This document shows positions 34,530 through 48,710 of a DNA stretch of 64,000 nucleotides, piece after piece. The notes under the pieces are model-generated. The model had not been told where the DNA came from. It saw nothing but the letters and a program-made list of their open reading frames with translations, and searched no databases. The stretch is from Eledone cirrhosa (Eukaryota). The first letter of the stretch is position 1; each line of letters starts with the position of its first letter. The DNA is taken from positions 359,786,001 to 359,850,000 of the forward strand of contig OZ024742.1 of the NCBI GenBank assembly GCA_964016885.1, read 5' to 3'. The position numbers were made by a program, and so were the translations under genes.

Positions 34530-37500
34530 ATGTTTCTTTTATTTGCCACCAGGACATCAAAAGTGGGACAAGTACAATGGGGGAGTTTACAAAACAAGGC
34601 GTCCTCAATAAGGAGGAGGCAATAACAATATATAAAAATAAAATAAAATATAACAAAAAATAAAATTTATAACAAAGTCCTCAATAGAGAGGAGGCGCCT
34701 TGGGGGGTCGCACACACCCCCGAAAAAAAGTGTGCAACCCTTCTCCCCAGGAGCACAGAGAAGGGGTGCTCCCTTGGTCTTTCATCTTCCTCACCTATAG
34801 TCTGATGTAGAGTGAAGGCCCATTCACACGGGCCATTCTCGCCACTTTCACCCATCTTTCATAGAAACGGCTGGGGTGCAGCACCTCTCTCTCCATCCTG
34901 ATCCTTCTTCCGAAATGATATCGGAAGAAACGGACCAGTTGTTGGCCAGAGAGAAAGGTGTCTGACCTCAGTCCTTTCAGACGCGTCCACCATACAACCT
35001 CTTTCGCCATGGCTATTACGCACAGAAACACCGCCTCTCCTTCGTTTTTGAAGAGGGGAGGCGGCTTGATCGTTACAATAGACTCGGTGGTCAACCGGAT
35101 CGGTCCCACCCTTGACAGCAGTTGTTCGACATAGCCCCACAGATCGGCAATGCCCGAGCAGTGTACCAATGCGTGTGCAACGGTTTCCTCGTCGCACACG
35201 CATCTGGGACAGATCTTTTTCGATGGGTCCCTACCCGGGCGCCCGTGTCTGTAGAGCCTTTCTCGAACGGGCAGAGCCCTTCTGTAGCATTGCCAGGCCA
35301 GGGACCTCTGGGAGTTATCCATGGGTCCCGGGCTGAATGTCCTACCGAACAGGTTGGCCAGTTCGTCTTCCTCCATGCCTAGGGCTTCTCTAAGGGCGTC
35401 GTCGCACCTGCTAACCACCAGCCCTCTATAGAATGACGAGGTGGATTCTCCACTGACAGCCGGGTCCGCCTGCCAGAGAGCCGTGAGCGCCTGGGCACAC
35501 TCGGTGTGCCAGGCGCCCAGTTTTCTCGGTCTTTGCTTGACCCAGAATTGCAGCTCGGTGAGTGAGACGAGTCTGGGAAAGGCTCGCCTCACAAACGGGG
35601 CCCACACCGGTTGACCGGAGAGGAATACCTGAAGGTGCCGTAGCCTTAATGCGTGTTTACGTATCATTAGCCACGGCATCCCCAGCCCTCTTTCGAAGGG
35701 TGTTGACAGCAGATGGATCTCCTCACCATAGGAGCCCGCTTCTTCCAAAGGAATTGGAAGAGTGCGCGCTCCATTTTGGCGAGCGTTTCCCTTGGGCAAG
35801 GCACAACGGTCAGGCGGTAGTAGATGACGGACGCTATATAAGTGTTCGCCACCTCCGCACGAACTTTCAGGGACAGTTTGCACTCGGCCCACTTCTGGGT
35901 CAGTGCAAACACCCTGTTCGTTACCTCACCCCAGTTCTTCTCCACCTGGAGGTCTGGTCCGAACCAGACCCCGAGCAACTTCACCGGGCCCTCCGTCCAG
36001 CGCCCGACGACGCCATCGGAGGGCATCGATCTGCCCCTCCACGTGCCGAGTTGCAGACCGATCGACTTGTCCCGGTTCAGCTTAGCCCCTGTAAACCTTT
36101 CGTACTCTGCCGATCGCCCCGATTTCCGAGGCCGTCGACACCATTACTGTTACGTCATCGGCGTAGGCTGACATCGCTTTCCGCAATCCCGGTTCCAACG
36201 GAATGCCCTGCAACAACTCCAACTTCCGCAGCAGTGGCTCTAGAGTCATTACATACAGAAGGGAGGAGAGAGGGCACCCCTGTCGGATGGACCGCGCGAT
36301 TTCGAACGGCTCCGAGAGGTAGCCGTTCACCTTGACCCTAGAGCAGAAGCGGCTGCTGTGCATGGCATTGATCCAGCCCCTGAAAACGGGTCCGAAGCCT
36401 GCCGCCGCTAGCACCGCATCCAGGTAACCATGGTCGACCCTATCGAATGCCTTAGATTGATCCAAGTTGATCAGGGCCCCACCAAAGCCGGGTTCGTTCC
36501 CAACCCTCTCTATGATGTATCGCATGAGGTGGAGGTTATCATGGATGGATCTGAACGGGATAGCACATGTCTGCGCATCTCCCACCAGGTTGCCCACGAC
36601 AAGCGCCAACCTCTTTGCTAGCACCTTGGCCAAAATCTGTAACTCTGTATTTAGCAGAGTTATGGGCCTGAAATTATTTATATCGTCCCCCCTTGTTCTC
36701 GTCCTTCTTCACTAGCGTGACTACGCCCTTGGTCACAGCACAGGGAATTCTCCCGTTCTGTTGCCAGTTGCAGTAGACCGCCTCGAGGAGATCGGGGAAT
36801 AAGTCCGGCATAGCTAGATATAGTTCGTATGGAAGACCATCGAAACCCGGGATTTGCGTTTGCCGCATTGGCTCAGCACGTCCTCTATCTCAGCGGCTGA
36901 AATCGGCTCCTCGCAGGACTTCGCCTCCCTGTCCGAGAGATGCGGCAGGCCGTCGAGGTATGGACCGAAGTCCACGTCCCCAACCGGCCCCCCGCCCCTT
37001 CCGAACAATCCGGCAAAGTGCTTTTGAAAAGCCTCGCACATCTGCTTAGGTTCAAGGATCACCCGTCCATCCTGGTCTCGCAAAGACCGGATAGTGGATC
37101 TGCTCCCACTTTTGGCTTCTGTCACGCGGGCCCAGCTAACAGATTTGGTCCTCTTGTTTCCCAGAGCACGTATTTTGCTTCGGACGATGCAGCCTTCGTG
37201 TTTCGCGATGAAGAACTGACCCAGGGCCGTTCTCGACGCTAGCACTCTGGCCACGTCGCCGCTTCTAATTGCCTCTTCTACACTATCTACCAACTCCCTT
37301 TCCTTCCTATTTCTATTTGAGGCTAACTCCTTACTAAATTCTATAGAGACTACTCTAATCTCTCTTTTGAGAGATCCCCACCACCTGCTGTTGACGATGG
37401 CGCCCGTCAACCGCTCCTTAACTAAAGTGCTAATCCGGTCCCTGTAAGTCTTACTTGCCGGTAAGGACAAGTTGAGCTTCCAGTAACCGGGTCCCTGTCT

Positions 37501-40230
37501 ATGAGTTCTGTCAAGGTTGATCATGCAGGTCACTAACTTGTGGTCTGAATAGCCAACCATGCGCATTTTTGGGCAACTTAAAAAGTCCTTATCCTTAATT
37601 CTAACTAAGAACCTATCTAGGTACGACCTAGATGATCCGCTACGATTTGCCCAAGTCCAGGCTGGCGCAGTCGGAAAATCTAGTCGATATCTATCGGCCA
37701 GGTCAAATCGACCGATTAACCCTTTGAGGCTATTACACCCCTCTCTATCGGGACAGGCCCCTACGTAGTCCCAGCGTGCATCTAGGATACCATTCCAGTC
37801 CCCCACTAATAGCAAGGAGCGGGACGTCCCTAGAAAAGTCTCCAGACGATGGAAGAAGTCTGGCCGCATTGACCCGAAAGGGCCGTAGGCGGCTACCAAC
37901 CTAAACGCTCCGCCTTTACTACTGCCAAGGTCCAGAACCACTAGTCGACCCTCCGGGTCCAAATGTACCATCTGTGTTGCGAGGCCCAGATGTTTTTGCA
38001 GCAGAACGACAACTCCTCCCCTACCTCCGGGCTGATAGAGAGATGCGTGCATCTCAAAGTCATCAAAGGTGGGGGCCAGCTGTCGCACGTTGCTGATCCG
38101 GGCCTCGCAAATAACCATCACATCTATACGTTGTGACCTGAGGTCATTTAGAAGCATTGCTTGCTTCCAAGTTGAGCCCAGGCCACGCGCATTTAAACAG
38201 CCTACTCTTAGCATAGCCATGTTGGTGGTGAAGAGAAAAGGCACTTACCTCTCTGCGTCCCGAGTATCGGGCTGCACAATTTCCATTAGGGTGGGGGATG
38301 GGTTGTTGGGTGGGGTGGTGGTTTGTGGAAGTGTAGGGGCATCAGTGTGTTGTGTGGTTGGGGAGTTTGGAGTTGTGTGGGTGTTTGGGGAGGGGGGGGG
38401 TAGTTTTTTTAGGAGGACGCGGTTAATGGGCCCGACGCAGGGGGGACCCACGTCCTCTTTAAACATTTTTTTAAAAGTTTTATAGGTGTCCTGTGGGGCC
38501 TTAATCATTTTGAGGTGGCGGAAATCCCCTGCCTGGGTGAAGTTAGGCCCTTGGGTTTTTATTAGATTGTTGTTGTACACAATGTTTAACAGTTTTTTTG
38601 TTTTTTGTGTTTATGTACGTGTATGCATGTTTTTGTTTTTGTGTGGTGTTTTTTGTTTGCTGTTGTTGTGAGCTCTTTTGTGTTGGTGTCAGTGTTATGT
38701 TTTGGGGAGGGGTTGTTTTCATTTGTGTGTCTGAGGTGTGTTTTCTTTTTTTTCTTTTGATTGTGTGGAAGTGCTCCTCCTCGTCTGACGACGAACTAGG
38801 GTCAGCTTCCGCGTTGGCGGGGAGAGGTATATTTTCGGGTTGTGTTTGCGGTGCGGGTGTTTTGGAAATTGTTTTTGTTTTTTGAGTGGAGGGGATTGGT
38901 TGGACATTGTTTTGTTTTGGTTTGAGCTGTGGTGGTTGTTTTTGTAGTGGTAGTTGTGGTGATTGTGTTGGTTGTGCAGTTGTTGGTGGTGTAGGCAGGA
39001 TTGGGGTTTTCTTATTAAGTTGGGGACAGACAGCCCTCAGGTGACCTCTGGTTCCGCAGAGGTAACACGAGGGCCGCCTACCCTCAACGGTAATGTTGAT
39101 GAAGGTTAGATCATCCAGTATGACGCGTTCAGGGATCTGGGCGATCCTTTCGGGCCTCATTTGAACTACAAGTTCGAGGCTCGTTCCACTGAACGCGTCA
39201 CCCGATGCCTTTCCCATGGACACCAGCATGTCATCCTCCAGGTCCAGGAAACCTGTCAAAACCCACCATATGTCCATAATCGGCAGGATGGTGTGGATTT
39301 TTATTTTTTGTGTTCCTCTACCCATGTACGTAGGGTAGAAGGTGTATGCGGTGGATGTGATTGGTTTGATGGACAGTTTCACTGCTGTGTCCCTGTCCTT
39401 CATGAGAATGGATAGACTCCCGTAGAATCTATCCTTCTGAATGAAGGTGATGTCCTTCATGACGTCTTTTAAAACCAGCTCTATCTCACTCTGTGATGGT
39501 TGAGCTGTTTTTTTTTTTTTGCTTCTGACTGTCCTAAACATGACAGTGTTTAGGAATCTCTGGCTTTTTAGTTCCGGGGGCGGGGGCGGGGGGCACTATG
39601 TATTTTTTGGCATCTGCCAGTAGCTCCTTCGCTTTGGTTATATCTACTGGCAGATAGTCGAGGGTTTTCCTTGTCGTCTCGGCGAAGGAGGAATTTTTTT
39701 TGTTTGTGTTGTTGTCGTTGGTGGTGTTGTTGTTATCATTGTTGTTGTTGTCACAGTTATTGGTCTTGTTGTTGTTGTTATTGTTATTGGTGTTGTTCTC
39801 GTCCGTCGCATTGTTGTTGTTGTTGCTGTTGCTGGTGCCGCTGGTTCTTTGGGTTGTTGTCATGGCAACGTCAAGTTGTCGGTTAACAGGTGGAGAAAAT
39901 TCTTCCTCTGGCTGACCTTTCTTCTTGGCCTCTGATACTGTGACAGTGACAGGGGGAAGCTGTAAGTTTAACTTCCCCTTTCCTCCTTCGAATTTTGGTG
40001 AAGAAGCTTCAGCCATTTTAAAAAATATTAACTTTTCAATAAGAAAAAACTTTTTTTTTGTTTAACTATTTCGCCTAAAGGCGTAGAATATTTTGAGAGA
40101 CTGACCAGATCAAAGTTTGACCTGGCAGTCCCTCTACAAAATGGTACAAAAATTAAAGTTAGCAGACAAGAATTTCTATAGAAATTTAAACAGAACTTAC
40201 TCAGCAAGTTATACGCGTGTGTCCATCCCA
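34530..40230 (-). mobile_element. Tx1-like LINE copy T8: full-length with several frameshifts
   Basis: 5' end TGGGATGGACACACGCG at 40230; ORF1 pieces 40016-38245; ORF2 pieces 38220-34795 including YADD; (GATA)n on both sides. Confidence 0.93.
40134..40200 (-). promoter_or_regulatory. Putative 67-nt spliceosomal intron in the LINE 5' UTR (equivalents 13814-13880, 19371-19437; analog 34349/34380-34439)
   Basis: GA|GTAAGT...GCTAAC...TTTTTGTACCATTTTGTAG|AG; same length and signals in T1. Confidence 0.6.
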
Positions 40231-40231
40231 G

Positions 40232-40316
<85 letters not shown>

Positions 40317-41127
40317 CATTATATTTAGAGAGAAAAATTTGTATGACTTTTTATATTTTTTCCCAACAAATTTCTAGAAGAAAGTTATTTTCATCCAAGA
40401 GTTACTTCCCCATTATCACTTCTGCCGTTTCAGGTTGGTCCTGATTTTCTCTCCTTCTTTCTTGTGAGATGTTTACCTAAATCACCTTCAGCCATTTTAT
40501 CACACATTCGCCTAATGATGTGACCAATAAATATAGCTTACACTTATACAGGTTTGTTAGATCACGAAACGTTTAGCTACAATGGATGTTCGTCTGTACA
40601 GATCCTAATAAATTAGCTCAGTTTATATAGAGCTGGCAGTTTCCACTCTACCAACAGTACTGTTGTTCTACCCACAGTCACAACATCTGACACAAGCCAA
40701 GACGCTGTCCGTGGAGTGACAGACAAGACAAAACAATAACTTACAGCAATTAAGCCATAATATATACACATAATTTTATGTGATGACTAGGGGAAGTTAT
40801 TGTGGCTTTTATAGAAACGATAGTCTCATAAGAGTGAAACAAAGGAAGTAAAGGAATAAAAAAGTAAAAAGGCAAGAAAAAGAATGTAAAATATTTTGTT
40901 AAAAATGTAAACCATTTAAATTATTGGAGAGGAGAGAAGATGTTCGTCACAGATTAGTAATAATAAACTTAGGAAAATTAACGATCCATACGGGATAGAG
41001 GGGTGAGGACTGGAGGTGATATGAGTATGGGTGGTGACGGCAGGCGGGGAGCGGAGAGAATCGAGTTTATGATTTTTTGCGGAAGTGAGGAAATTGAAAA
41101 GGAGGCAATTGAGGTAAAGGATGAATT

Positions 41128-41208
<81 letters not shown>

Positions 41209-41213
<5 letters not shown>

Positions 41214-41680
41214 CGACGTGGTTAGTCGGTCTGGTCACTACTTCTGATCGGATCCGAGAATAGCCCTTAAAAGGACTGTTATCACATACGGTTTGATCGG
41301 ATCTGAAGATAACCCTTAAAAGAACTGTTGTCACATACGTTAAGGATGAACAGACGAAAGCACAAGTTGAAAGGACGAGCAAGGCGAGAGATGTAGTTTC
41401 GGTCAGCTATTTATTTTCATACATGAAGTGACGATACAGAGGTACAAGGCGTGTGTGAGTGACAAGCGTGGCAGAGGAGAGGAACAACGATACGCGAGTT
41501 GACTCTGCCAAAGGTCGACTGGCGAAAGTGTTTGGAATCACTCTATTTATACAGAAATAATCGTTTGATGTTTAGCCGCTGCGTAGGCGTTTTATTCTAG
41601 TGGATTGTAAGGGTTGTTTGTTTCACGGTGAGGTAGCTAGCTAAGCAGATAGATGGAGCTGTTTATTTCACAGATGTACA
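41209..41680 (-). mobile_element. 3' LTR of a Gypsy-type retrotransposon
   Basis: TG...CA termini (tgtagcg...gatgtaca); polypurine tract ggcagggggataa immediately upstream on the minus strand (41681-41693); lies downstream of the integrase. Confidence 0.65.
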
Positions 41681-43940
41681 TTATCCCCCTGCCAGATCTT
41701 TTGTACAACAAAAGAGCGAAATATCGTATAGTAATGAGCCAGTGGTGCATTTGTCATGACAATAGCCCAAGGTGTGTCCAGTATGTTGTGAAGTTTGGTG
41801 ATCATCGAGTATAGGACAGAATGGATGTAGAGGTCATATGGCAAGATGTGTGTCAGGAAGAGAAAAAAGAATAGACTATAAAATGACTTTGACCAGATTT
41901 ATGCAGGCGTGATGAATGAGCCTGTTACAATTTGGGTTGAGCTGCCTGTGAATTGCGTGACAAAAAGTCTAACAGGGCAGTGAAGATAACCGTAATGTGT
42001 GAACTGAATGGCCGTAAGCATGTTGCCTAAAAGTAACAGTTTGCTCCAAAGCATATGACTGAGCGAATCATGTGGTAAAAAAATAGCGAGGCATTCTCGA
42101 GCTATTGAGTGAATGTGTACGTGAAAAAAAAAGGCCACTGTTTTGAGGATGCGATTTGTGAAATGCGTGATCAAAGAGAAAACATTTTGTAGTGTAAGAG
42201 TTAGAGGGACAAAAAAAATCTATTGCTCAGTGTATGAACCAAAGGTGAAACAAACGTGGTTGTGTAGTGTGCATGGAAAATAGAATATGCACACGCCTTG
42301 TATGTATATACAAATTATGGCAATTACACAATTAATATTGCAGAACAAGAAAAATAAAAAATTTTGCAAAACAAGAAAGAGAAGAAAAAAAAATGTTATA
42401 CACAATGCTACACACAATGTTTGTTCTTAAATAGTGTTTGTAATAGATAATGTTCATAATAAATAATGTTCTTCGTGACATGAGCACATGGTCATAAAAA
42501 TTGCAATTGTTCAAGCAGAAATAGTAAACACAAGGAAAATGGAAATGTTTTGCAAGAAGAATGATTAAGAAACTCACTTGAGGTTAACGGTAATTCACAT
42601 ATTGTGCCAACTTGGCGGGCTAATGGACACGTCGTCCACTTCTCGCGACTGGAGATGAAACAGGTAGCTTGCTGGGACAGCAATCTGTTGGAATTTCTGG
42701 TGTAGAGACTGTAACAGTATCCATGATGGCTTTTTTTAATCTGTCCACGCTGACAGAATTCTGTTTACCATCTTGATCGAGAATAAAATATTTCGGATAT
42801 TTTTTTAGAACACGATAAGGGCCAGAATATGGAGGTCGAAGATGAGCTGGGATGGTGTCGTTTCGAACGAAAACGTGTGTTCAATCTTTAATGTCTGAAG
42901 GTACATGTGTGGCCGTGTTCTGTTGACGGGTGCTTGCAGGAGCAAGGTGAAATATATATTGTCGAAGACGGTGTACGTATGATCCTGGGTCTGGAACATC
43001 CTAAGGAGAGATGGGAGCAACTATCTGACCAGGTAGAACCAGGGTGGTGCCGTACACTAATTCTGCAGGTGTGTGTCCGAATTCCTCCTTAACGGTGGAT
43101 CGAATGCCCAGAAGGATGAGTGGAAGGTATTCAAACCAGTGGGTCTTGTCTGGATATGCTTTTATTGCAGCTTTCAATTGGCGATGGAATCTTTCCACGA
43201 GACCATTAGCTTGCGGGTGATAAGCTGTCGTGCGGATGTGTTTACATCCTAACAAGCGAGTCAGTTCCCTGAAGAGGTGGGAATCAAACTGGCGTCCTCT
43301 GTCCGTTATCTTCGCTGGGGCACCATAACGTGATACCCTGTGTAAAACCAAAGTTTTAGCGACTGTTTCCGCTGAGGTATCACTTATGGGAAAAGCCTCA
43401 GACCAACGGGAAAATCGATCTATGCAGGTGAGCAAGAGTGTGCAGTTCTGTGATGATGGTAGAGGTCCGACGATGTCGATATGCACATGATGAAAACGTG
43501 CATCAGGTTGCGCGAATGTGCCGAGTGGAGTTTTGATGTGTCTGTGGACTTTGGCTTTCTGGCAGGCCATGCAGCTCCTGGACCAGTCGCGCACGTCCTT
43601 GTTAATGTTAGTCCACACAAAACGAGCAGAGATGAGTTTCTGTGTAGCCCGGATTCCCGAGTGAGACAAGCAGTGTAAAGCAGAAAAAACTTGTCGACGA
43701 TGCATCTGTGGTACGTACGGTCGTTCATGACCGGTAGAAAGGTCGCACCAAATTTGTCCCGGAGCAGAAGGAATGGGAACTTGCTGAAACTTGAGGGATG
43801 GTGAATCTCGGAGCTTGATAAGCTCTTCGTCAGTCTCTTGGTCAGCTGCGATCTGTTGAAAGTCGATGCCTGAATGCACATGTATTACGTTCAGCTGGAT
43901 TCGGGACAGGGCGTTGGCTGCTACGTTGTCTGATACCCCT
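41681..43940 (-). mobile_element. Gypsy/Ty3 internal remnant: end of RNase H + integrase (ORF 43001-43879)
   Basis: ANALSR; H-x3-H...C-x2-C Zn finger; [41 protein letters not shown] (DDE), TPAELVYG. Confidence 0.9.
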
Positions 43941-44479
43941 GTCTCATCCTATCACTTCCTTCCACCCCCTATTTTCCTCCTCGTCTGCTTTTCCCCTTTC
44001 GCCTACCCCGATGCAGCCCATCGGGCCTCTGTAGCATCAGTTCCCCCACCCCTGTAATTTTAAGATAGAATTGGCCGAATACGTTTTACTAACTACTTAT
44101 AGCAGATGTGTTAAAACCCCTTTAATTTTGTATCAGTTTTGTTACTACTCATTCTACAATTTTTTTCTATTCTCAATTTATTAACCTGTAATTGTAAGAT
44201 AGCATTGTGATTTTTTTTTTATTCATTCTCACTATCTAATTTTATATATATTTTTATTTATTTCTATTATCTTTTATTGTCTCCTACTCTCATTCTATTT
44301 ACCTATTCTATAACCTCCCTCCTCCACTTCATACACTATCCTTAGAATCTGCTGTATACATATCACTCTCAACGCTTGACCGCTCCACTCACTCCCCTAT
44401 TGTTCTACAGGCAAGTTCAGCCACCCCTACCTCCCACCAAATGCCATGATAGACTTATTTGTGTTTACAACAAATTTTA

Positions 44480-44709
44480 ACCAATCCTCTTGACAACTAC
44501 AATCTTCCCATATAAGGAAGTACCTCCTTGACAAGTTCGGCTATTTATTCACCAGGCTAAAAATTTTAATTTAGTCCAGAAATAGCCGTCGAAACGGCTT
44601 GAGCTCTGCCGTCGGGGTCATACATTTTCCTATTTCCCACTCTACTACCCTAAGTATTGAGTACTCTGGTGCGTTATGGTCCACCTGGTTCCTTACCACA
44701 ATTCCTTTG

Positions 44710-44712
<3 letters not shown>
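44480..44712 (+). mobile_element. PLE-like terminal fragment (family of 3856-4175) with a hammerhead-like motif
   Basis: Reverse-orientation homolog of 3856-4045; TTGACAA-g..cggctattt/aaatagccg..c-GAAA; ends in (TA)n. Confidence 0.5.
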
Positions 44713-44776
<64 letters not shown>

Positions 44777-44801
44777 GTAACACGACAGTTAGTTCACCAT
44801 A

Positions 44802-44841
44802 CCGAGAACAATTGTTTCACCTTATACGGATCTTCAGCTCG

Positions 44842-44842
<1 letters not shown>
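44802..44842 (-). ncRNA. Minimal type I hammerhead ribozyme
   Basis: ccgag-CTGAAGA-tcc gtataa ggt-GAAA-caatt-GTT-ctcgg; a degenerate homolog at ~49788-49829 caps a Neptune-like PLE. Confidence 0.75.
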
Positions 44843-45824
<982 letters not shown>

Positions 45825-45825
45825 A

Positions 45826-46471
45826 AGAAAAACATAGAATATTCGAAAATATTCTGTATGTTTATAATAAACATTTTGAAGACCCAATCGCTATAGAATA
45901 GAATACGTCACGTATTACAATTTGAGATTCTCGATAAAAGCAAGGGAAGTAACCTACGCGTTTCATTCTTATTAGAAATCATCAGGATTACATATCCAAT
46001 GCTTTTATCGAGAATGACACAGCTAGAGACTTATAGAATACTTAGCTGTGTACAGGAACTGGTTTGAAAGAGCGGTAGCCGGTCCGGCAGAAATTAGAAT
46101 TTCGAATATTCTATGTTTTTCTTCACATATATATCGCTATTTCAGAGCATTAAATCCAAATTCTAATTTCTGCCGGACCGGCTACCGCTCTTTCAAACCA
46201 GTTCCTGTACACAGCTAAGTATTCTATAAGTCTCTAGCTGTGTCATTCTCGATAAAAGCATTGGATATGTAATCCTGATGATTTCTAATAAGAATGAAAC
46301 GCGTAGGTTACTTCCCTTGCTTTTATCGAGAATCTCAAATTGTAATACGTGACGTATTCTATTCTATAGCGATTGGGTCTTCAAAATGTTTATTATAAAC
46401 ATACAGAATATTTTCGAATATTCTATGTTTTTCTTCACATATATATCGCTATTTCAGAGCATTAAATCCAA
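45826..46471. mobile_element. PLE pseudo-LTR structure: ~275-bp inverted arms plus a ~57-bp direct repeat
   Basis: Arms 45826-46102 / 46158-46435 are near-perfect reverse complements; 46102-46160 repeats at 46415-46471; (TA)n flanks. Confidence 0.8.
46269..46311 (+). ncRNA. Minimal type I hammerhead ribozyme (inverted twin at 45949-45991, minus strand)
   Basis: gtaatc-CTGATGA-tttct aata agaat-GAAA-cgc-GTA-ggttac; palindromic stem III ACGCGT. Confidence 0.82.
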
Positions 46472-46521
46472 ATATATATATATATATATACAGAAATAAC
46501 AACACAATCGGTACAGTTATA

Positions 46522-46980
46522 TCTAAACTATAATAAAGTAAGGAGTGCGGGACTGCATCCGGAATATATTTTTTTATCCCGTTTGTAAAATAAGTTGGAT
46601 TACTTTGAATAAATAATGAACGAATATTACATAATTAATCTACTAAATTTCGTTATTATTGATTAAATATAAATAATGCTATTACTTATTTTAAGATTCA
46701 CTTCTTTAAAATTTGTCAACACTTCCGGTTAGCGATCGTTTAAATAAACATTCATATATTTCCGTCAGTAATTTTCTCCTAATGCAGTTTATATATAATA
46801 TCGTCGTTTTTAATGTATCATGGATTACGTTACTGATTACATAAGACAGTGTAACACGGTCTTCGTTCAATTTCTGTGTATATCGTCAATTACGATGTTA
46901 TTTGATGTATCATATCTACATGTATATATACTTGTGTATAATATCAATATAAACACTACACATGCTAGCAGAAATGCTAG
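46522..46980 (+). mobile_element. Non-autonomous Helitron (459 bp), compact sister of 23738-25606
   Basis: A|TCTAAACTATAATAAAG ... GCTAGCAGAAATGCTAG|T; alignable along its length to the reverse complement of 25204-25606; one copy of the 57-bp unit at ~46905-46965. Confidence 0.8.
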
Positions 46981-47189
46981 TATATATAACGACGTATTAT
47001 CTTCGCTTTTTTTCGTTCATTGACAGGGAACGTGTTCACAAACCAAAGTATCGTTTTCCTGTTTTCCTTCGGCTGCAACGTTTTTCGAAATATTTACTTC
47101 CGCGTTCACATATTGATTTTTTCAGTTGCAGAAGAACCCGTTAAGGATGAAAGCAGCGATTCTTTCCTTAAACTGTTATTTTAATATAT

Positions 47190-47286
<97 letters not shown>

Positions 47287-47341
47287 GTGAGGTTTTTTTT
47301 ACAAAATGAAAAATAACCGAGGTGTCCTACACGAGTGGAAG

Positions 47342-47682
47342 TATAAAGAAAAAGGGATGAAATCGAAAATGCAACTGAAGTCTTATTTTTTTTTTAAATA
47401 TATATATTTATTTGGTTCCTTTACCGGTTTCGCAGTTCTTCTGCTTTTCAAAAGGTGAGTTGAGATGGAGGGTCTGTGGTTTTTCTCACATCTGGTTGGT
47501 CTCTAAATGTTACTTGTTTTATATTTAGAGACCAACCAGATGTGAGAAAAACCACAGACCCTCCATCTCAACTCACCTTTTGAAAAGCAGAAGAACTGCG
47601 AAACCGGTAAAGGAACCAAATAAATATATATATTTTTTAAAAAAATAAGACTTCAGTTGCATTTTCGATTTCATCCCTTTTT

Positions 47683-47690
<8 letters not shown>
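47342..47690. repeat. ~165-bp-arm inverted repeat (PLE end, family of 7518-7690)
   Basis: tataaagaaaaaggg...ggtctctaaat / atttagagacc...ccctttttctttata. Confidence 0.85.
47576..47613 (+). ncRNA. Hammerhead ribozyme, U3-A8 covariant core (inverted twin 47418-47455)
   Basis: cctt-TTGAAAA-gcag aagaa ctgc-GAAA-ccg-GTA-aagg; all three stems are consistent, stem III is the palindrome ACCGGT. Confidence 0.68.
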
Positions 47691-47734
<44 letters not shown>

Positions 47735-47748
47735 AACAACACAATATA

Positions 47749-47824
47749 ATTACCTCATTACCGGAGGTTTCCCGAATAAGACGAATACAAGAAACGTCCT
47801 CATTCGTTCATCAGACAAGGCAAT
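47749..47824 (-). ncRNA. Type I hammerhead ribozyme (family of 4309-4386) in PLE 3' fragment 47731-48110
   Basis: attgccttgt-CTGATGA-acgaatgagg...tcttattcgg-GAAA-cctccg-GTA-atgaggtaat; the substitutions relative to the 4309 copy keep stem I paired (G-U). Confidence 0.78.
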
Positions 47825-48114
47825 TTAAAACATAGTGAAATATTTGAAAAATCTCCCCAAGAAAGGCAAAAGTTTAACGGGCAAAAAATATATAAATAAA
47901 AGTAATGCAAGAGATATATAAAAATAAAATAAAGTAATATAGTAAAGGTATGTGTATAAATGTGTATATATGCACCTACAAATGTACATGTGTGTGTATG
48001 TACAAATGCATGTGTATAGTGAAAAAATGTGCGCGTAAGTACATACATGAGGGCAAGCATATCAGTGTTTGTGTGACCACAAATACGTATATAATATATG
48101 TTGAAAATAGGATC

Positions 48115-48710
48115 TTATACTTCTCCGTTGTACCTTTGTATACTCTGATTCTGTCTCTTTGGTTGTAGCCAGAGAACTGCATGCGGTTGGTGAAGTGTTG
48201 GATGTGTCTTTCCATTCCTGTTGGGTCGCACATGCGGGACACGTTCTTCATCACTCGTACCAAGTCTGCGATCAGAATATTAAACTTAGCACTACTGGAC
48301 ATTGCTGAGTTTTTGAGTATCAGGTATTTGGAGCCCTCTCGTCTATAGTGTTAATCCAGAGTTCCGTGTCTAATACAGGTAGTGTACTGTTGGGGTGTTT
48401 GGAAGCGTAGTCGATAGTTACAGTTATACTCTGGTGTATGGAGTTAGCTATCTGCTGCGTGCTTTCCATTGTGCTACATTCTAAATCATACTTGTTAGTA
48501 CTCTCTTGTGGGGGTGTCCTTATTACTATATTAATATCTTCTTCGTAACGAGAGTACATGAGATCTATGGAGCTCTCATCAAGGAGATCTTTGAGTCTCC
48601 TTTCCCACCATACCATAAAAAGGTTGGCAACGTCACCAGCTATGCTGAAGCCAATGGCTGCTCCCTCATTTTGGGTATAGATCTTCTCGTTGAATTTGAA
48701 TGTGGCCACT
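48115..48710 (-). mobile_element. Penelope-like reverse transcriptase fragment
   Basis: FKFNEKIYTQNEGAAIG...ANLFM...YSRYEEDI...LPVLD and MQFSGY motifs of the PLE RT/thumb domain. Confidence 0.8.

Noticed and set aside
40400-40540. Possible first exon of a host gene on the minus strand (ATG GCT GAA GGT GAT TTA G|gtaaac)
   Set aside because: Too short, weak donor, no recognisable downstream exon or homology.
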